Shown here in pieces: positions 1-9,709 of a DNA stretch of 64,000 nucleotides. The stretch lies in the NCBI GenBank assembly GCA_963848005.1, contig CAWKCA010000046.1, positions 27,481 through 91,480 on the forward strand, read 5' to 3'. A model generated the notes under the pieces. The model saw only the letters and a program-made list of their open reading frames with translations. It was not told the DNA's origin and ran no database searches. The DNA comes from an uncultured Candidatus Rokubacteria bacterium. Lineage in GTDB: Bacteria; Methylomirabilota; Methylomirabilia; Rokubacteriales; CSP1-6. Made by a program: the position numbers and the translations under genes. Within the stretch, counting starts at the first letter, position 1. Each line of letters opens with the position of its first letter.

Positions 1-1749
1 ACCGCCCAGGAACGTCGAGTACATGAGCTGCGCGTTGGCGCCCGAACCGGCGGGGTTGAATTTCGAGACGAACGCATCCTGGCCGCCGCCGTGAATCAGC
101 TGGAACGCGGTCGACTTGGTGGGCAGGTTCGCGGAGGTGGTAGAGCCCGTGACGTAGACGAGACCTGTCGAGTCGACGGCGATGCCGAAACCGGCGTCCG
201 CCCCAGTTCCTCCGAAGTACGTGAGGAAGAGGCGCGAAGCCGCCCCGGAAGCGCCGGGGTCGAGCTTCCCGACGAAAGCCTCCTGACCGGTTGACCGCGT
301 CCGGGTGTTCGCCGAGGTGGGGAAGTTGGTCGAGGCCGTGTGGCCCGTGACGTAAGCGAGGCCCGAGGCGTCCACGGCAATGGCGTGGCCCTCGTCAGCG
401 CCGTCGCCGCCCAGGTAGGTCGAATAGACGAGTGCGGTGCCGGCCGCACTCAGCTTCGCCACGAACGCATCGCGGACGTCCTGGTCTCCCTGAAACGCCG
501 AGATGGTCGTCGGGAAGTCGGAAGAGTCTGTCCACCCCGTGACGTACGCGCTGCCCCCGACGTCCACGGCGATGCCGAGCCCCGCATCGTCCGCGCCGCC
601 ACCGAGGTAGGTCGAGTACACGAGCGTGCCTGCCCCATCCAGCCTGGCCACGAACGCGTCGCGCCCACCCTGATTCGCCAAGAGCGGAGTCGCGGGAGCG
701 GTGGGGAAGTCCGTCGAGTCGGTGAAGCCCGTGACGTACGCATCGCCGCTGGAGTCTACCGCGATACCCATCCCGGCATCGTCGGCGCTGCCGCCGAGAT
801 AGGTCGCGTAGAGAAGCGCCGAGCCGGTGGAGTTCAGCTTGGCCACGAAGGCATCCCGGCCAGGCTGGTTCGGCCCGCCCGCGGCCGGAAAATTCAGCGA
901 GTCGGTGTATCCGGTCACGTACGCCTCGCCGTTGCGCACGGCGACGGCCATGCCGCCATCGAGTTCGGACCCCCCCAGATAGGTGGAGTAGCTCAGGACC
1001 GGATCGATCACCAGGGCGCGGCTCGGATCGTAGGCGCCGAGGACAAACCCCAGGTTCCAGGTGCTGTCGCCGGTGGCCGCCAGTGGCCCGACGATGACAT
1101 ACGCGACGTCGATCTGCTGCCGATTGCCCTCGTCGTCTGTCTGATAGGCGATGGGCCGCTTCAGCCGCACGTCGCCGCCCGGCGCGCGGAGCGTCAGGTC
1201 ACCACTGGCGTCGAGCGAGAGCGCCGGCCAGTCCGTCGCCTCGAGGCCGCGGAGGCTCAGGCGAATCGATGCCGGATCGGCACCGGGAGCGAGGACGAAG
1301 TCGTACTCGAGCTGCCGCCCGTTGCCGTAGTAGACGAGGTCAACGCCAGGGTAGACGCCACGGGCCAACACCTTGGCGTAGGTCGGAATCGCGGTGCGCC
1401 ACCGCGCTGGATCTGATCCGATGAGGTAGCTCACGGCTCCGGGGAGCTGGTCGACGCCGATGAGTCGCGCCGGGTCCGCGCCGACGAGGCTCATCCGCAG
1501 CGTGTCCGCCCCGGCTTTCCCGGGCCTTCGCAAGACGAGCACAGCGTCGCCGGCGGTCAGAAAGAGCTGATAGCCGGTGCTCCGAGCCACGAACTCGATC
1601 GACGAGTGAGTCTGGCCGTGGTTGGCCTCGAAGCTGAGGGGCAGCCTACCGTAGGCGTCGGCGAGATTCGCCTCGGAGGCGACCGTTCCGACCAGGCACA
1701 CGAACAGGGCGGGCAGAATGGCGGTCGAGCAGCGGCGGGCTACACTCAT
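1..1749 (-). CDS. Secreted SBBP-repeat (beta-propeller) protein with an N-terminal signal peptide and DUF7948-like domain. The 3' end runs off the window start; the ATG is at 1747-1749.
   Basis: The minus-strand translation begins MSVARRCSTAILPALFVCLVGTVASEA (signal peptide). It is followed by LPLSFEANHGQ...IEFVARSTGYQLFLT (the N-terminal DUF7948-like region). Six or more repeats of the SBBP motif L(V/L)YSTYLGGxxxDxGxGIAVDxxGxAYVTGxTxSxDFPT then run to position 1. This ORF is absent from the supplied track because it has no stop codon inside the window. Confidence 0.8.
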   Translation of the reverse strand, partial: MSVARRCSTAILPALFVCLVGTVASEANLADAYGRLPLSFEANHGQTHSSIEFVARSTGYQLFLTAGDAVLVLRRPGKAGADTLRMSLVGADPARLIGVDQLPGAVSYLIGSDPARWRTAIPTYAKVLARGVYPGVDLVYYGNGRQLEYDFVLAPGADPASIRLSLRGLEATDWPALSLDASGDLTLRAPGGDVRLKRPIAYQTDDEGNRQQIDVAYVIVGPLAATGDSTWNLGFVLGAYDPSRALVIDPVLSYSTYLGGSELDGGMAVAVRNGEAYVTGYTDSLNFPAAGGPNQPGRDAFVAKLNSTGSALLYATYLGGSADDAGMGIAVDSSGDAYVTGFTDSTDFPTAPATPLLANQGGRDAFVARLDGAGTLVYSTYLGGGADDAGLGIAVDVGGSAYVTGWTDSSDFPTTISAFQGDQDVRDAFVAKLSAAGTALVYSTYLGGDGADEGHAIAVDASGLAYVTGHTASTNFPTSANTRTRSTGQEAFVGKLDPGASGAASRLFLTYFGGTGADAGFGIAVDSTGLVYVTGSTTSANLPTKSTAFQLIHGGGQDAFVSKFNPAGSGANAQLMYSTFLGG

Positions 1750-2214
1750 CGGTGACCTCTCTCACTCATCGGCGGCGACCTCTCTCGAGGAAGGGGGAGC
1801 ATGTCCTTCGTGCGGCGACGAAGCCTGATGCCCGGTCCAGTGGACTGTGCGCGCACACACCACGGCAGGAGGGGAGCAAACAACTCGCGTGCCAACCCTA
1901 ATCTCGGAGCCTCACGGTGTGAGCGATTCCTCATGGCTCTCGGCGCCACAAGGCAACAATATTGAGGGCGCCCGGGCTCCAGAGTCGGACGCCGCCGCAG
2001 AACGGGCAGGCTCAACCGTCGCTGTCGAGGGTTCCCCGCCTGTATGTCAGGAGCAGTCAGATTTCGTTACTTGCTTACCCTTTGTTGGGTATGGGGGCGG
2101 TGGTGTCTGGGCGATGCTGTCTGGGAGATGAGAAGCCAGGGCGATCCACCCACCGGGCCCATCGTGAGCACGCGGAGAACATGCGTCCCTGGCATCGGTC
2201 TCGGTCTCGTCTCC

Positions 2215-3057
2215 TCACATCGATCGGATCACGGCGGCGTACGAGTCGACGCGCGGAAGCACCTTGTCGCGCGGCTCCGACGGCAACCCGAAGATCGCGC
2301 GGGCCACCCCGGCCGCGGCCAGCGCTTCCAGCTCGGGCTTCTTGGGGGGCGCGAAGAAGATGGACACCGGCACGGACCGGGGATCGCGACCGGCGCGCTC
2401 GAGTCGCGCGCGGAGCGCGGGAATCTTCTCCACCGGGTTCTGACCCGGTCTCAGGATCGGCATCCAGCCATCACAGAACTCGGCGACGCGATCGAACGTG
2501 GTGGGACCATCGCCGCCCATCAGGATCGGAGGATGCGGCTTCTGCGCGGGCTTCGGCAGTGACCACAGCTTGTCGAAGTTCACGAACTCCCCGTGGAACT
2601 CCGCCTCCTCCTTGGTCCAGATCTCCTTCATGGCCAGGACGCGCTCGCGCAGCACGCGCCACCGCGTCTTGAAGTTCGTCCCGTGGTGCTCCATCTCTTC
2701 GGCATTCCAGCCGCCGCCGATCCCGAAGAGCACCCGACCACCCGAGAGGCGATCGAGGGTGGCCACTTCCTTGGCCATGACGATGGGATCGCGCTCGATG
2801 ACCAGGCAGATGCCCGTGCCGAGACGCAAGCGGCGGGTGGCGCCGGCCGCGGCCATCAGCGCCACGAACGGATCGTAGGCTGACCAGTATTCGCGAGGCA
2901 GCGGGCCGCCGCCCGGCCACGGGCTCCGGCGACTCGCCGGGATGTGCGTGTGCTCGGGGACCCACAGCGACTCGAAGCCTCGCTCCTCGAGGGCCCGCGC
3001 CAGCTCGTCGGGTTGAATCGCGTACTCCGTGGGAAACATCACGACGCCGTAGTCCAT
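2215..3057 (-). CDS. Luciferase-like monooxygenase family oxidoreductase, F420-dependent type (TIGR03619-like).
   Basis: The protein MDYGVVMFPTEYAIQPDELARALEERGFESLWVPEHTHIP...GTGICLVIERDPIVMAKEVATLDRLSGGRVLFGIGGGW has the LLM/F420 signature. The ATG at 3057 is preceded by a GGAGGGAG RBS. The upstream part of the 2215..3129 ORF is low-complexity and was rejected. Confidence 0.75.
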   Translation of the reverse strand: MDYGVVMFPTEYAIQPDELARALEERGFESLWVPEHTHIPASRRSPWPGGGPLPREYWSAYDPFVALMAAAGATRRLRLGTGICLVIERDPIVMAKEVATLDRLSGGRVLFGIGGGWNAEEMEHHGTNFKTRWRVLRERVLAMKEIWTKEEAEFHGEFVNFDKLWSLPKPAQKPHPPILMGGDGPTTFDRVAEFCDGWMPILRPGQNPVEKIPALRARLERAGRDPRSVPVSIFFAPPKKPELEALAAAGVARAIFGLPSEPRDKVLPRVDSYAAVIRSM

Positions 3058-3255
3058 GCCTGCTCCCTCCTTGCTCACCGCTCCCTGTCGTGGCGGCGAT
3101 GCCCCGGCACGGAAGTCGCCTGAAATCATGGGGGAGGCCCGTCACGAGGGCAAGAGCCCTGCCTAGAACGCGAGCACCTGGGACGGGCTGGCCTCGCAGC
3201 CTCCGGCGCCGATACGACGGACTTCCGCTAGACTGGGCAATCGGAGGAGACCAGA

Positions 3256-4041
3256 GTGCCGAAGAGAAAGACGGGTCAGTCGTCGTCCACACGCGTGCGC
3301 CTGGCCACGGATCGGAAGCTGGAGGTCGTGACCGAGGTGCCGGACCGGGCGATGGTGATTTTCGCCCACCCCGACGACGGGGAGATCGGCTCCGGAGGCG
3401 TCGTGGCCAAGTGGGGGGCGGCGGGGTGCGAGGTCACCTACGTGCTGTGCACCAATGGCGGCGCGGGCACCGAGGATCGCTCGCTGTCGGCCGAGCAGCT
3501 CGCGGAGAAGCGGGCGGCCGAGCAGCGCGCCGCCGCGGACTTCATGGGCGTGAAGAACGTGGTGATGCTCGGCTATCCCGACGGCGGGCTCGAGGACACC
3601 CGCGAGTTCCGCGGCGACGTCGTGCGCGCGATCCGCACCTACCGGCCGCATACCGTCTTCACCCACGACCCCTATCGGATCCGCGGGTTCCAGCATCGCG
3701 ACCACCGGATGGTGGGCCTGGCCAGCACGGACGCGGTCTATCCCTTCGCCCGCGACCACCTGCATTTCCATGAGCACATCGCCAACGAGGGCCTCGAGCC
3801 TCACAAGGTTCGCCAGCTCTGGTACTGGGGCGCCGACGAACCCGACGTCATCGTCGACGTCACCGATGGGATCGAGAAGCAGATCGCCGCCCTGATTCGC
3901 CATGAGAGCCAGGTCGCCGGGCTCAACGTCGCGCCGGGAGAGACCATCGCGGACCGCATGAGGAGGGGAGCCGCCGGGCAGGCAAAGGGCTACGGGTTCC
4001 CGTACGGCGCGGCGTTCCGACGCCTGATCGCCCGGAGCTAG
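3256..4041 (+). CDS. PIG-L/LmbE family N-acetylglucosaminyl deacetylase.
   Basis: The AHPDDGEIGSGG motif (LmbE HPDDE) and the conserved HxDH region are present. A GTG start at 3256 has a GGAGGAGA RBS 6 nt upstream. Confidence 0.8.
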   Translation: MPKRKTGQSSSTRVRLATDRKLEVVTEVPDRAMVIFAHPDDGEIGSGGVVAKWGAAGCEVTYVLCTNGGAGTEDRSLSAEQLAEKRAAEQRAAADFMGVKNVVMLGYPDGGLEDTREFRGDVVRAIRTYRPHTVFTHDPYRIRGFQHRDHRMVGLASTDAVYPFARDHLHFHEHIANEGLEPHKVRQLWYWGADEPDVIVDVTDGIEKQIAALIRHESQVAGLNVAPGETIADRMRRGAAGQAKGYGFPYGAAFRRLIARS

Positions 4042-4121
4042 TCTCGTGAGACTAGGAACGTGTCGGAGTATCGAGGAGTGCCCAAAAGACGTCGCTCGAG
4101 GCCAACCTCAACCTGACCGAG

Positions 4122-4826
4122 ATGGGCCAGGCCGCCCTCGACATTCGCGCGGTCTCGTCGCTGCCCCTGATCCTCGACGGAGCCTGCGGGTATGGCGACC
4201 CCATGCACATGCACCGCACCATCGGTATGAGCGAGGCCGCGGGCTTCGCAGCCATCGAGATCGAGGATCAGCTCGTCCCCAAGCGCGCGCACCATCACAT
4301 CGGTATCGAGCACATGATCCCGGAGCCGCTGATGGCGGCCAAGATCAAGGAAGCGGTGGCCGCCCGGCGCAGCCCGGACTTCCTGATCATCGGGCGGACC
4401 AACGCGGTGCGCGCCAGCAGCATGGACGACGCCCTGCACCGCGGCGAGAGCTACCGGAAGGCGGGCGCCGACGTGCTCCTGCTGTCGATGGCGCGCACGC
4501 CCGAGCAGCTTCGCCTCATCGCCGAGCGCCTGGGCGGACCGCTGATGTACCTGACCGGACGCGGCGGGCTCTCGAGCCTCGGCATGACGTTGGCCGACCT
4601 CGGCGCGCTCGGCTACCGGATCGTCGCCGACCCGACGACCCCGCTGATGGCGGCCTACGCGGCGTGGAAGAAAGTCTACGCCGACCTCGCCGACGGCTTC
4701 GGCGCGAAGAGCCAGGCCAGGACCGACTGGGACCCGCTCGAGCGCGACATGCTCGTCACCATCGACATCGAGAAGCTGCTCGCCGTCGAGCGCGCCACCG
4801 TCGAGACGGGGCGCAAGACCGGGTGA
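4122..4826 (+). pseudogene. N-terminally truncated fragment of a PEP-mutase/isocitrate-lyase superfamily enzyme (carboxyvinyl-carboxyphosphonate phosphorylmutase / methylisocitrate-lyase-like). About 60-70 N-terminal residues are missing.
   Basis: The ILDGACGYGDP motif (the D-x-D-x-G-x-G catalytic loop) sits at residue 18 instead of about 85. The ICL/PEPM C-terminal body IEDQ...KRAHHHIG...FLIIGRTNA...YRKAGADVLLL is present. In-frame stops lie at 4047 and 4053 directly upstream. The 80-bp gap to the preceding gene cannot encode the missing barrel strands. Confidence 0.6.
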
Positions 4827-4875
4827 GCGACACGCGAGTTGCCGGCGTGCTGCCGGCAGCCGGGAGGAGGCACTC

Positions 4876-5973
4876 ATGAAGGTCACCGCCGCCGTCCTGT
4901 ACGAGGTCAAGAAGCCCCTGGTCATCGAGGAGGTCGAGCTGCTGGAGCCGGGGCCCCACGAGGTGCAGGTCCGCTGGGTCGCCAACGGCGTCTGCCACAG
5001 CGACCTGCACGTGATGACGGGCGACTCTCCCCATCCCCTGCCCGTGGTGCTGGGGCACGAGGCCGCCGGGGTCGTGGAGAAGGTGGGGCCGAGCGTGGAG
5101 AGCGTCAAGCCTGGCGACCACGTCTGCTCGAGCTACATCCCCTCGTGCGGCAAGTGCTGGTACTGCATCAGCGGCCAGCCCACCATGTGCGCGCTGCGCG
5201 ACAAGCCGCGCTGGTTCATGCTGGACGGCACCCCGCGCTTTCGGAAGAACGGCCAGGGGCTGCACCACTATCTGCAAGTTGCGGGGTACGCCACGCACTC
5301 GGTGCTGCCCGAGGAGAGCGTCATCCCCATCCGCAAGGACGCGCCGCTCGACGTCGCGTGCCTGGTGAGCTGCGGAGTCCTGGCGGGCGCCGGCCCCGTG
5401 TTCAACCGGGCCAAGGTGCCGCCCGGCGCCAGCGTGGCCGTGTTCGGCTGCGGCGGGGTGGGACTCAACACCATCCAGGCCGCGCGGATGGTGGGGGCCG
5501 GGAAGATCATCGCGGTGGACGTGATGAAGCAGAAGCTCGCGTGGGCCGAGGAATTCGGCGCCACTCACGTGGTCGACGCCTCCAAGGACGATCCCGTGGC
5601 GCGCGTGCAAGAGATCAGCGGTACCGGAGGCGTCGACTTCGCCTTCGAGGTCGTCGGGATGCAGAAGACGGTCGAGCAGGCCCTGCTCTCGACCCACCGG
5701 GGTGGCATGGCCGTGGTCGTCGGCGTCTGCCCCGCCGGCACCCGCCTGTCCATCGATCCGTCGCTGTTCCTACAGCAACGCATGCTGACGGGCACGTCGT
5801 TCGGCGGCGGCCATCAGCGCACCGACGTCCCCATGCTGATCGACCTGTTCATGACGGGCCAGTACAAGCTCCGCGAGCTGATCAGCCGGCGCGTGGGCCT
5901 CACCGACGTGAACCACGCCTACGAGCTGCTGCTCCAGGGAGAGGTGAAGCGCAGCGTCGTCGTGTACGAGTAG
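4876..5973 (+). CDS. Zn-dependent alcohol dehydrogenase (class III / S-(hydroxymethyl)glutathione dehydrogenase-like MDR family).
   Basis: The sequence carries GVCHSDLH, GHEAAGVVEKVG, the structural Zn cysteines CGKCWYC and the GxGxxG NAD-binding motif FGCGGVGL. A GGAGG RBS lies before the ATG. Confidence 0.85.
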   Translation: MKVTAAVLYEVKKPLVIEEVELLEPGPHEVQVRWVANGVCHSDLHVMTGDSPHPLPVVLGHEAAGVVEKVGPSVESVKPGDHVCSSYIPSCGKCWYCISGQPTMCALRDKPRWFMLDGTPRFRKNGQGLHHYLQVAGYATHSVLPEESVIPIRKDAPLDVACLVSCGVLAGAGPVFNRAKVPPGASVAVFGCGGVGLNTIQAARMVGAGKIIAVDVMKQKLAWAEEFGATHVVDASKDDPVARVQEISGTGGVDFAFEVVGMQKTVEQALLSTHRGGMAVVVGVCPAGTRLSIDPSLFLQQRMLTGTSFGGGHQRTDVPMLIDLFMTGQYKLRELISRRVGLTDVNHAYELLLQGEVKRSVVVYE

Positions 5974-5996
5974 GCGGCGAGCGGGGGGCCGCGCGC

Positions 5997-7154
5997 TCAG
6001 CCGGCGAACGTCCAGCGCGGGTCGGCGGCGGGAATCTCGACCTCGGGCAGCTTCAGCTCCCGGCGGACGATGTTGGCGCCGAGATTGATCGCCACCGACT
6101 TGTAGAAGGCGATGCGCCGCGCCAGCCCCTCGCGGCCGAAGCCACAATCAGTGGAGAGCACCAGGCGCTCGGGCGGCACGTACTCCAGCGCCTTGCGGAT
6201 GAGGGCCGCCACGACCTCCGGCGGCTCGACGGCCGCGGTGGAGTGGTTCACCACGCCGATGGCGATCTTCTTGTCGGTCCGGTGCTTCGCGAGGAGCGGA
6301 AGGTCCCGGCCGCCGGTGGACGCGCACTCGAGGGTGATCACGTCGGCGTTCGTCGCGAGCAGATAGGGGAGCGAGCGCTCGTACGACGGGCGCTCCCAGT
6401 GGAGCGGCTGCTGGTTGGGATTGCCCCAGCAGGTGTGGAGCCACACTTCCGTGTCGACGCCGGCGATCTCGCGATTGACGGCCTCCGTGAAGAACTCCAG
6501 GTCGCGGTCGGTGGCTCCGGTGGCCCCGGCAATGTGGTGCTGGGGCTCCTCGACCTGGATGACGCGGCAGCCCGCGGCGGCGACTTCCTTCAGCTCGGCG
6601 TTGAACACGTCGGCGAGGGCGAGGATCAGGTCGCGATCCGACGCGTAGTGGCGGTTCAGGAGCATCTTGGCCAGCGACTGGCCCGTGATGGCCCCGAACT
6701 TCACGGGGCGCGTGGTAAATCGCTGGGCCACCTTGAAGAGCGCCGCGTACTGCAGCGCGGCGTCGGTGACATCCTCGCCGACCACGGCAGGCTGATACGC
6801 TTCCATTACCTCGTACAGGATGTGGCCGGGCCGGAGCGCGCGCCAGCCACCACCGGTGGAACGATCCACGTGGCCGGTGATGCCGCGCAGGCGCTCGATC
6901 ACGTAGAAGAACCATGACTTGCCGCCCACGGTGAGGTCGAAGCGGGAGTCGCCGTCAGTGACGATGTCGAGCCCGGCCATCTCCTGCTCGCGGACGAGAC
7001 ACGCCACCGCGTCGAGGTATTGCTCGCGAAAGCGCGAATCACCGAGCGCGTCCTTGAAACCACGCCCGCGCAACTCCTCCGTGAACCAGTGGGGCCGCGG
7101 GTAGGAGCCGGTGATCGTGGTGGGCAGGACCGCGTCGCGGGTGGCGTTGAGCAT
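5997..7154 (-). CDS. MetE-like (cobalamin-independent methionine synthase C-terminal-domain family, UROD/MetE-like) methyltransferase. This is a single-domain form of about 386 aa.
   Basis: The protein MLNATRDAVLPTTITGSYPRPHWF...IQVEEPQHH...LHTCWGNP...STDCGFGREG shows MetE C-domain Zn-ligand and substrate motifs. The start is set at the ATG at 7154. The upstream part of the ORF is Arg-rich junk. Confidence 0.75.
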   Translation of the reverse strand: MLNATRDAVLPTTITGSYPRPHWFTEELRGRGFKDALGDSRFREQYLDAVACLVREQEMAGLDIVTDGDSRFDLTVGGKSWFFYVIERLRGITGHVDRSTGGGWRALRPGHILYEVMEAYQPAVVGEDVTDAALQYAALFKVAQRFTTRPVKFGAITGQSLAKMLLNRHYASDRDLILALADVFNAELKEVAAAGCRVIQVEEPQHHIAGATGATDRDLEFFTEAVNREIAGVDTEVWLHTCWGNPNQQPLHWERPSYERSLPYLLATNADVITLECASTGGRDLPLLAKHRTDKKIAIGVVNHSTAAVEPPEVVAALIRKALEYVPPERLVLSTDCGFGREGLARRIAFYKSVAINLGANIVRRELKLPEVEIPAADPRWTFAG

Positions 7155-7269
7155 GGGGTCGACTCTGCGGCGCCGGTCCCACCCTGTCAAGCCCGCGGGC
7201 CGTGCTATCCTCCGCCCGGTGGCTTCGCCGTCGCTGGGGGCTCGGTCCACACAAGGAGAGGCAGTCCCC

Positions 7270-7669
7270 ATGGCCGAACTCGACCTGCCGCCGCAACGCA
7301 CGCCGCAAGAGCGGTGGCTCAAGTGGTATCTGAAATTTGTCGTCGTCTACTGCGCCGTGGGGTTCGTGATCTTCCAGCTCCCGACCTTCTTCCCGGCCTT
7401 CGGCTCCTTTGCGCGACACCCCGGCTACCTCACCAACACCGCCGTGAAGATGGCGGCCTTGTTCCTGCTGTCGCTCCTGGCCTCCAGCGACGTGGGGCGC
7501 TTCCGGCACCTCATCACCATCTTCGTGGTGGCCTACGGCACCTGCGTCCTCACTGCCGTGGCAGTCCTGATCTGGGTGGTCACGGCGGAGGAAACGCTCG
7601 TCCTGCTCGGATGGACGTTCCCCCTCGGCAAGGCCCTGGCCAGCGTGGCCGCCATGGAGACGGCGCTGA
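7270..7669 (+). CDS. Four-TM membrane segment. It is probably the N-terminal anchor of the downstream GMC oxidoreductase fusion and is out of frame with it in this sequence.
   Basis: An AAGGAGAG RBS precedes the ATG at 7270. The translation MAELDLPPQRTPQERWLKWYLKFVVVYCAVGFVIFQLPTFF...LITIFVVAYGTCVLTAVAVLIWVV...ALASVAAMETALIAG is hydrophobic and helical. The same frame then decays into Arg-rich nonsense up to 8367. The protein-like reading resumes in frame +1 at 7670. Confidence 0.4.
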
Positions 7670-9661
7670 TTGCTGGGTCTGTGGTGGTTGGCCCACGCGG
7701 CCGACCGCGCGCGGCTGGGGCTCCTGTACCTGTCGCCCGCGCAGTTCCGAGCGTTGGTCGCCGTCGCCGACGTGGTCGTTCATGGCCGCGACGAGCGGAT
7801 CCCCGCCGAGGCCATCGCCCGCAATGTCGACGCGTACCTGGCCGAACTGCGGGCGCCCTCGAAGTGGCTGGCCAAGGTGGTCCTGCTGGCTTTGCAGTGG
7901 TACCCCGTGCTGCGGCTTCACCCACCGCTCTCGTTCATGGCGGCCGACGAGCGCTTGGCCTTGCTGCAGCAGCGCTTCTATCGCGATGTGGTCACCCGTG
8001 GAGTGCCGCGCTATCTGCGCATGCTCGTGCAGGCCATGATCCGCTTCGCCAAGCAGCTCTGCTACCTCGGCTACTACAACGATCCGCGCACGTACCGCTC
8101 GGTCGGCTACCGCCCCTTCAGCGAGCGGCATCCCAACACCCCCCGGCTCGCCGATCCGCCCCTGCACGTCGAGAGGCCGGACACCGTGAGGAGCGACCAC
8201 CTGGACGCGGACATCGTCATCGTCGGCTCCGGCGCGGCCGCCTCGATCCTGGCTCACGAGCTGGCCCGCACGGGACGATCCATCCTCGTGCTGGAACGCG
8301 GCCCCTACGTCCCTCGCTCGAAGATGACGGAGGACGAAGTCCAGATGCTCACGCGCCTGTACTCTGACGGGGCGCTGCAGCTCACGAAGGACTTCCGCTT
8401 CCAGGTGCTGCAGGGCCGCGCCGTGGGCGGATCGACGGTGGTCAACAACGCCGTCTGCATCGATCCGCCGGATGCCGTCCTCGAGCGGTGGAACGGCGAG
8501 CTGCACGCGGGGCTCGATCTGCCTCGTCTCCGCCAATCGGTCTACTCGGTGAGGACGCTCATCGGCGCCGTCGACCAGCCGGCGCACGCAAACCCCATCG
8601 CCACGGCATTCGACCAGGGCGTCCGCGCGATGAAGCTGGCCGCGCAGGTGCGACGGGTGAGCGCCAACATGGACGGATGCGCAGGATGCGGCTACTGCAA
8701 CATCGGCTGCGCCTTCGGAGCCAAGCTCGCGATGACCGAGCGCGTGCTGCCCGCCGCGCAGGCCCTGGCGCGGTCCCACGGCGGCGACCTGCGCATCGTC
8801 TCCGACTGCGAGGTCCTCTCGCTGGAGCGACACGGGAACCGTGTGACGCGCGCACGCTGCCGGCAGGGCGACCGCGAGCTCCTGGTCAAGGGCGGCACCT
8901 TCGTCGTCGCGGCGGGCGCCATCGCCTCCAGCCTGCTGCTCGGCCAGTCGCGGCTGGGTGGCCGCCGCGTGGGCAAACGGCTGTCCTTCAACGTGGGCGC
9001 ACCGATCACCGCGGTGTTTCCCCACGAACTGAATGCCTACGACGGCTTGCAGATCTCGCACTACCTCGACCTGGGCGCCGAGCAAGGCTACCTGCTGGAG
9101 ACGTGGTGGAATCCGCCGGCCGCGCAGTCGGTGGTCATGCCGGGCTGGTTCGACACGCACTTCGACAACATGAAGCGGTACTCGCACATGGGCGCGGTGG
9201 GCGTGCTGATGGGGAGCGAGGCGTCTGGCACACTGCGCCCGTGGGGACGCCGGGTCGGCCTGGATCTGTCCTATACGCCGAGCCCTCGCGAAATCGACCG
9301 GCTTCTCGTCGGGATGGCCCTCACGGGACAGATCCTGCTCAAGGGCGGGGCCACCGCGATCCTTCCGCCGACGTTCCGATACCTGGAGCTGAAGCCGGAG
9401 CATGACCTTCTGCAATGCCTGCGCAAGACGGTGAAGGACGGAAGCGACATTAACCTCAATAGCGGTCATCCCCAGGGAGGCAACGCGCTCAGCGGCCGCG
9501 ACGACATCGGGGTGGTTCGCCCCGACTTCACCGTGCGTGGCTGCGACAACCTCTTCCTCTGCGACGCCAGCGTCTTTCCCTCAGCCCTGGGGGTGAACCC
9601 GCAGATCACCGTGATGGCCCTGGCCCACTACGCGGCCCCGCTGGTGGCGCAGCGGCATTGA
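7670..9661 (+). CDS. GMC-family FAD oxidoreductase fused to an N-terminal gluconate-2-dehydrogenase-subunit-3-like domain.
   Basis: LSPAQFRALVAVADVVVHGRDERIPAEAIARNVDAYLAEL matches the Gluconate_2-dh3 signature (LTPAE..L.AvaDriIP..). The Rossmann motif DIVIVGSGAAASILAHELA and GMC C-terminal motifs (GGNAL...DNLFLCDASVFPSALGVNPQITVMALA) follow. The only in-frame starts are TTG codons at 7670 and 7688, immediately after a TGA. The alternative reading is a 1-nt frameshift joining this to the 7270 membrane segment. Confidence 0.7.
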   Translation: MLGLWWLAHAADRARLGLLYLSPAQFRALVAVADVVVHGRDERIPAEAIARNVDAYLAELRAPSKWLAKVVLLALQWYPVLRLHPPLSFMAADERLALLQQRFYRDVVTRGVPRYLRMLVQAMIRFAKQLCYLGYYNDPRTYRSVGYRPFSERHPNTPRLADPPLHVERPDTVRSDHLDADIVIVGSGAAASILAHELARTGRSILVLERGPYVPRSKMTEDEVQMLTRLYSDGALQLTKDFRFQVLQGRAVGGSTVVNNAVCIDPPDAVLERWNGELHAGLDLPRLRQSVYSVRTLIGAVDQPAHANPIATAFDQGVRAMKLAAQVRRVSANMDGCAGCGYCNIGCAFGAKLAMTERVLPAAQALARSHGGDLRIVSDCEVLSLERHGNRVTRARCRQGDRELLVKGGTFVVAAGAIASSLLLGQSRLGGRRVGKRLSFNVGAPITAVFPHELNAYDGLQISHYLDLGAEQGYLLETWWNPPAAQSVVMPGWFDTHFDNMKRYSHMGAVGVLMGSEASGTLRPWGRRVGLDLSYTPSPREIDRLLVGMALTGQILLKGGATAILPPTFRYLELKPEHDLLQCLRKTVKDGSDINLNSGHPQGGNALSGRDDIGVVRPDFTVRGCDNLFLCDASVFPSALGVNPQITVMALAHYAAPLVAQRH

Positions 9662-9709
9662 CGCCGGCTGCCCGCGACGGGGCAGCGCCCGGGGTAAGAT
9701 GGCGTCGCG

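Noticed and set aside
340-1416. 358-aa plus-strand ORF, with overlapping 96..449 and 450..743 ORFs
   Set aside because: This is the antisense of the SBBP-repeat gene. The translation is Arg/Gly/Ala-rich low complexity with no motif, as expected for mirror frames of a 70% GC repeat gene.
4756-6917. Long ORFs 4839..6917 (+, 692 aa), 4756..5697 (-) and 6148..6915 (-)
   Set aside because: These overlap the well-supported ADH and MetE-like genes in other frames. Their composition is typical of high-GC shadow ORFs, dominated by Arg/Gly/Pro/Ala.
7580-9469. 629-aa minus-strand ORF
   Set aside because: This is the antisense of the GMC oxidoreductase gene and has no recognisable domain.
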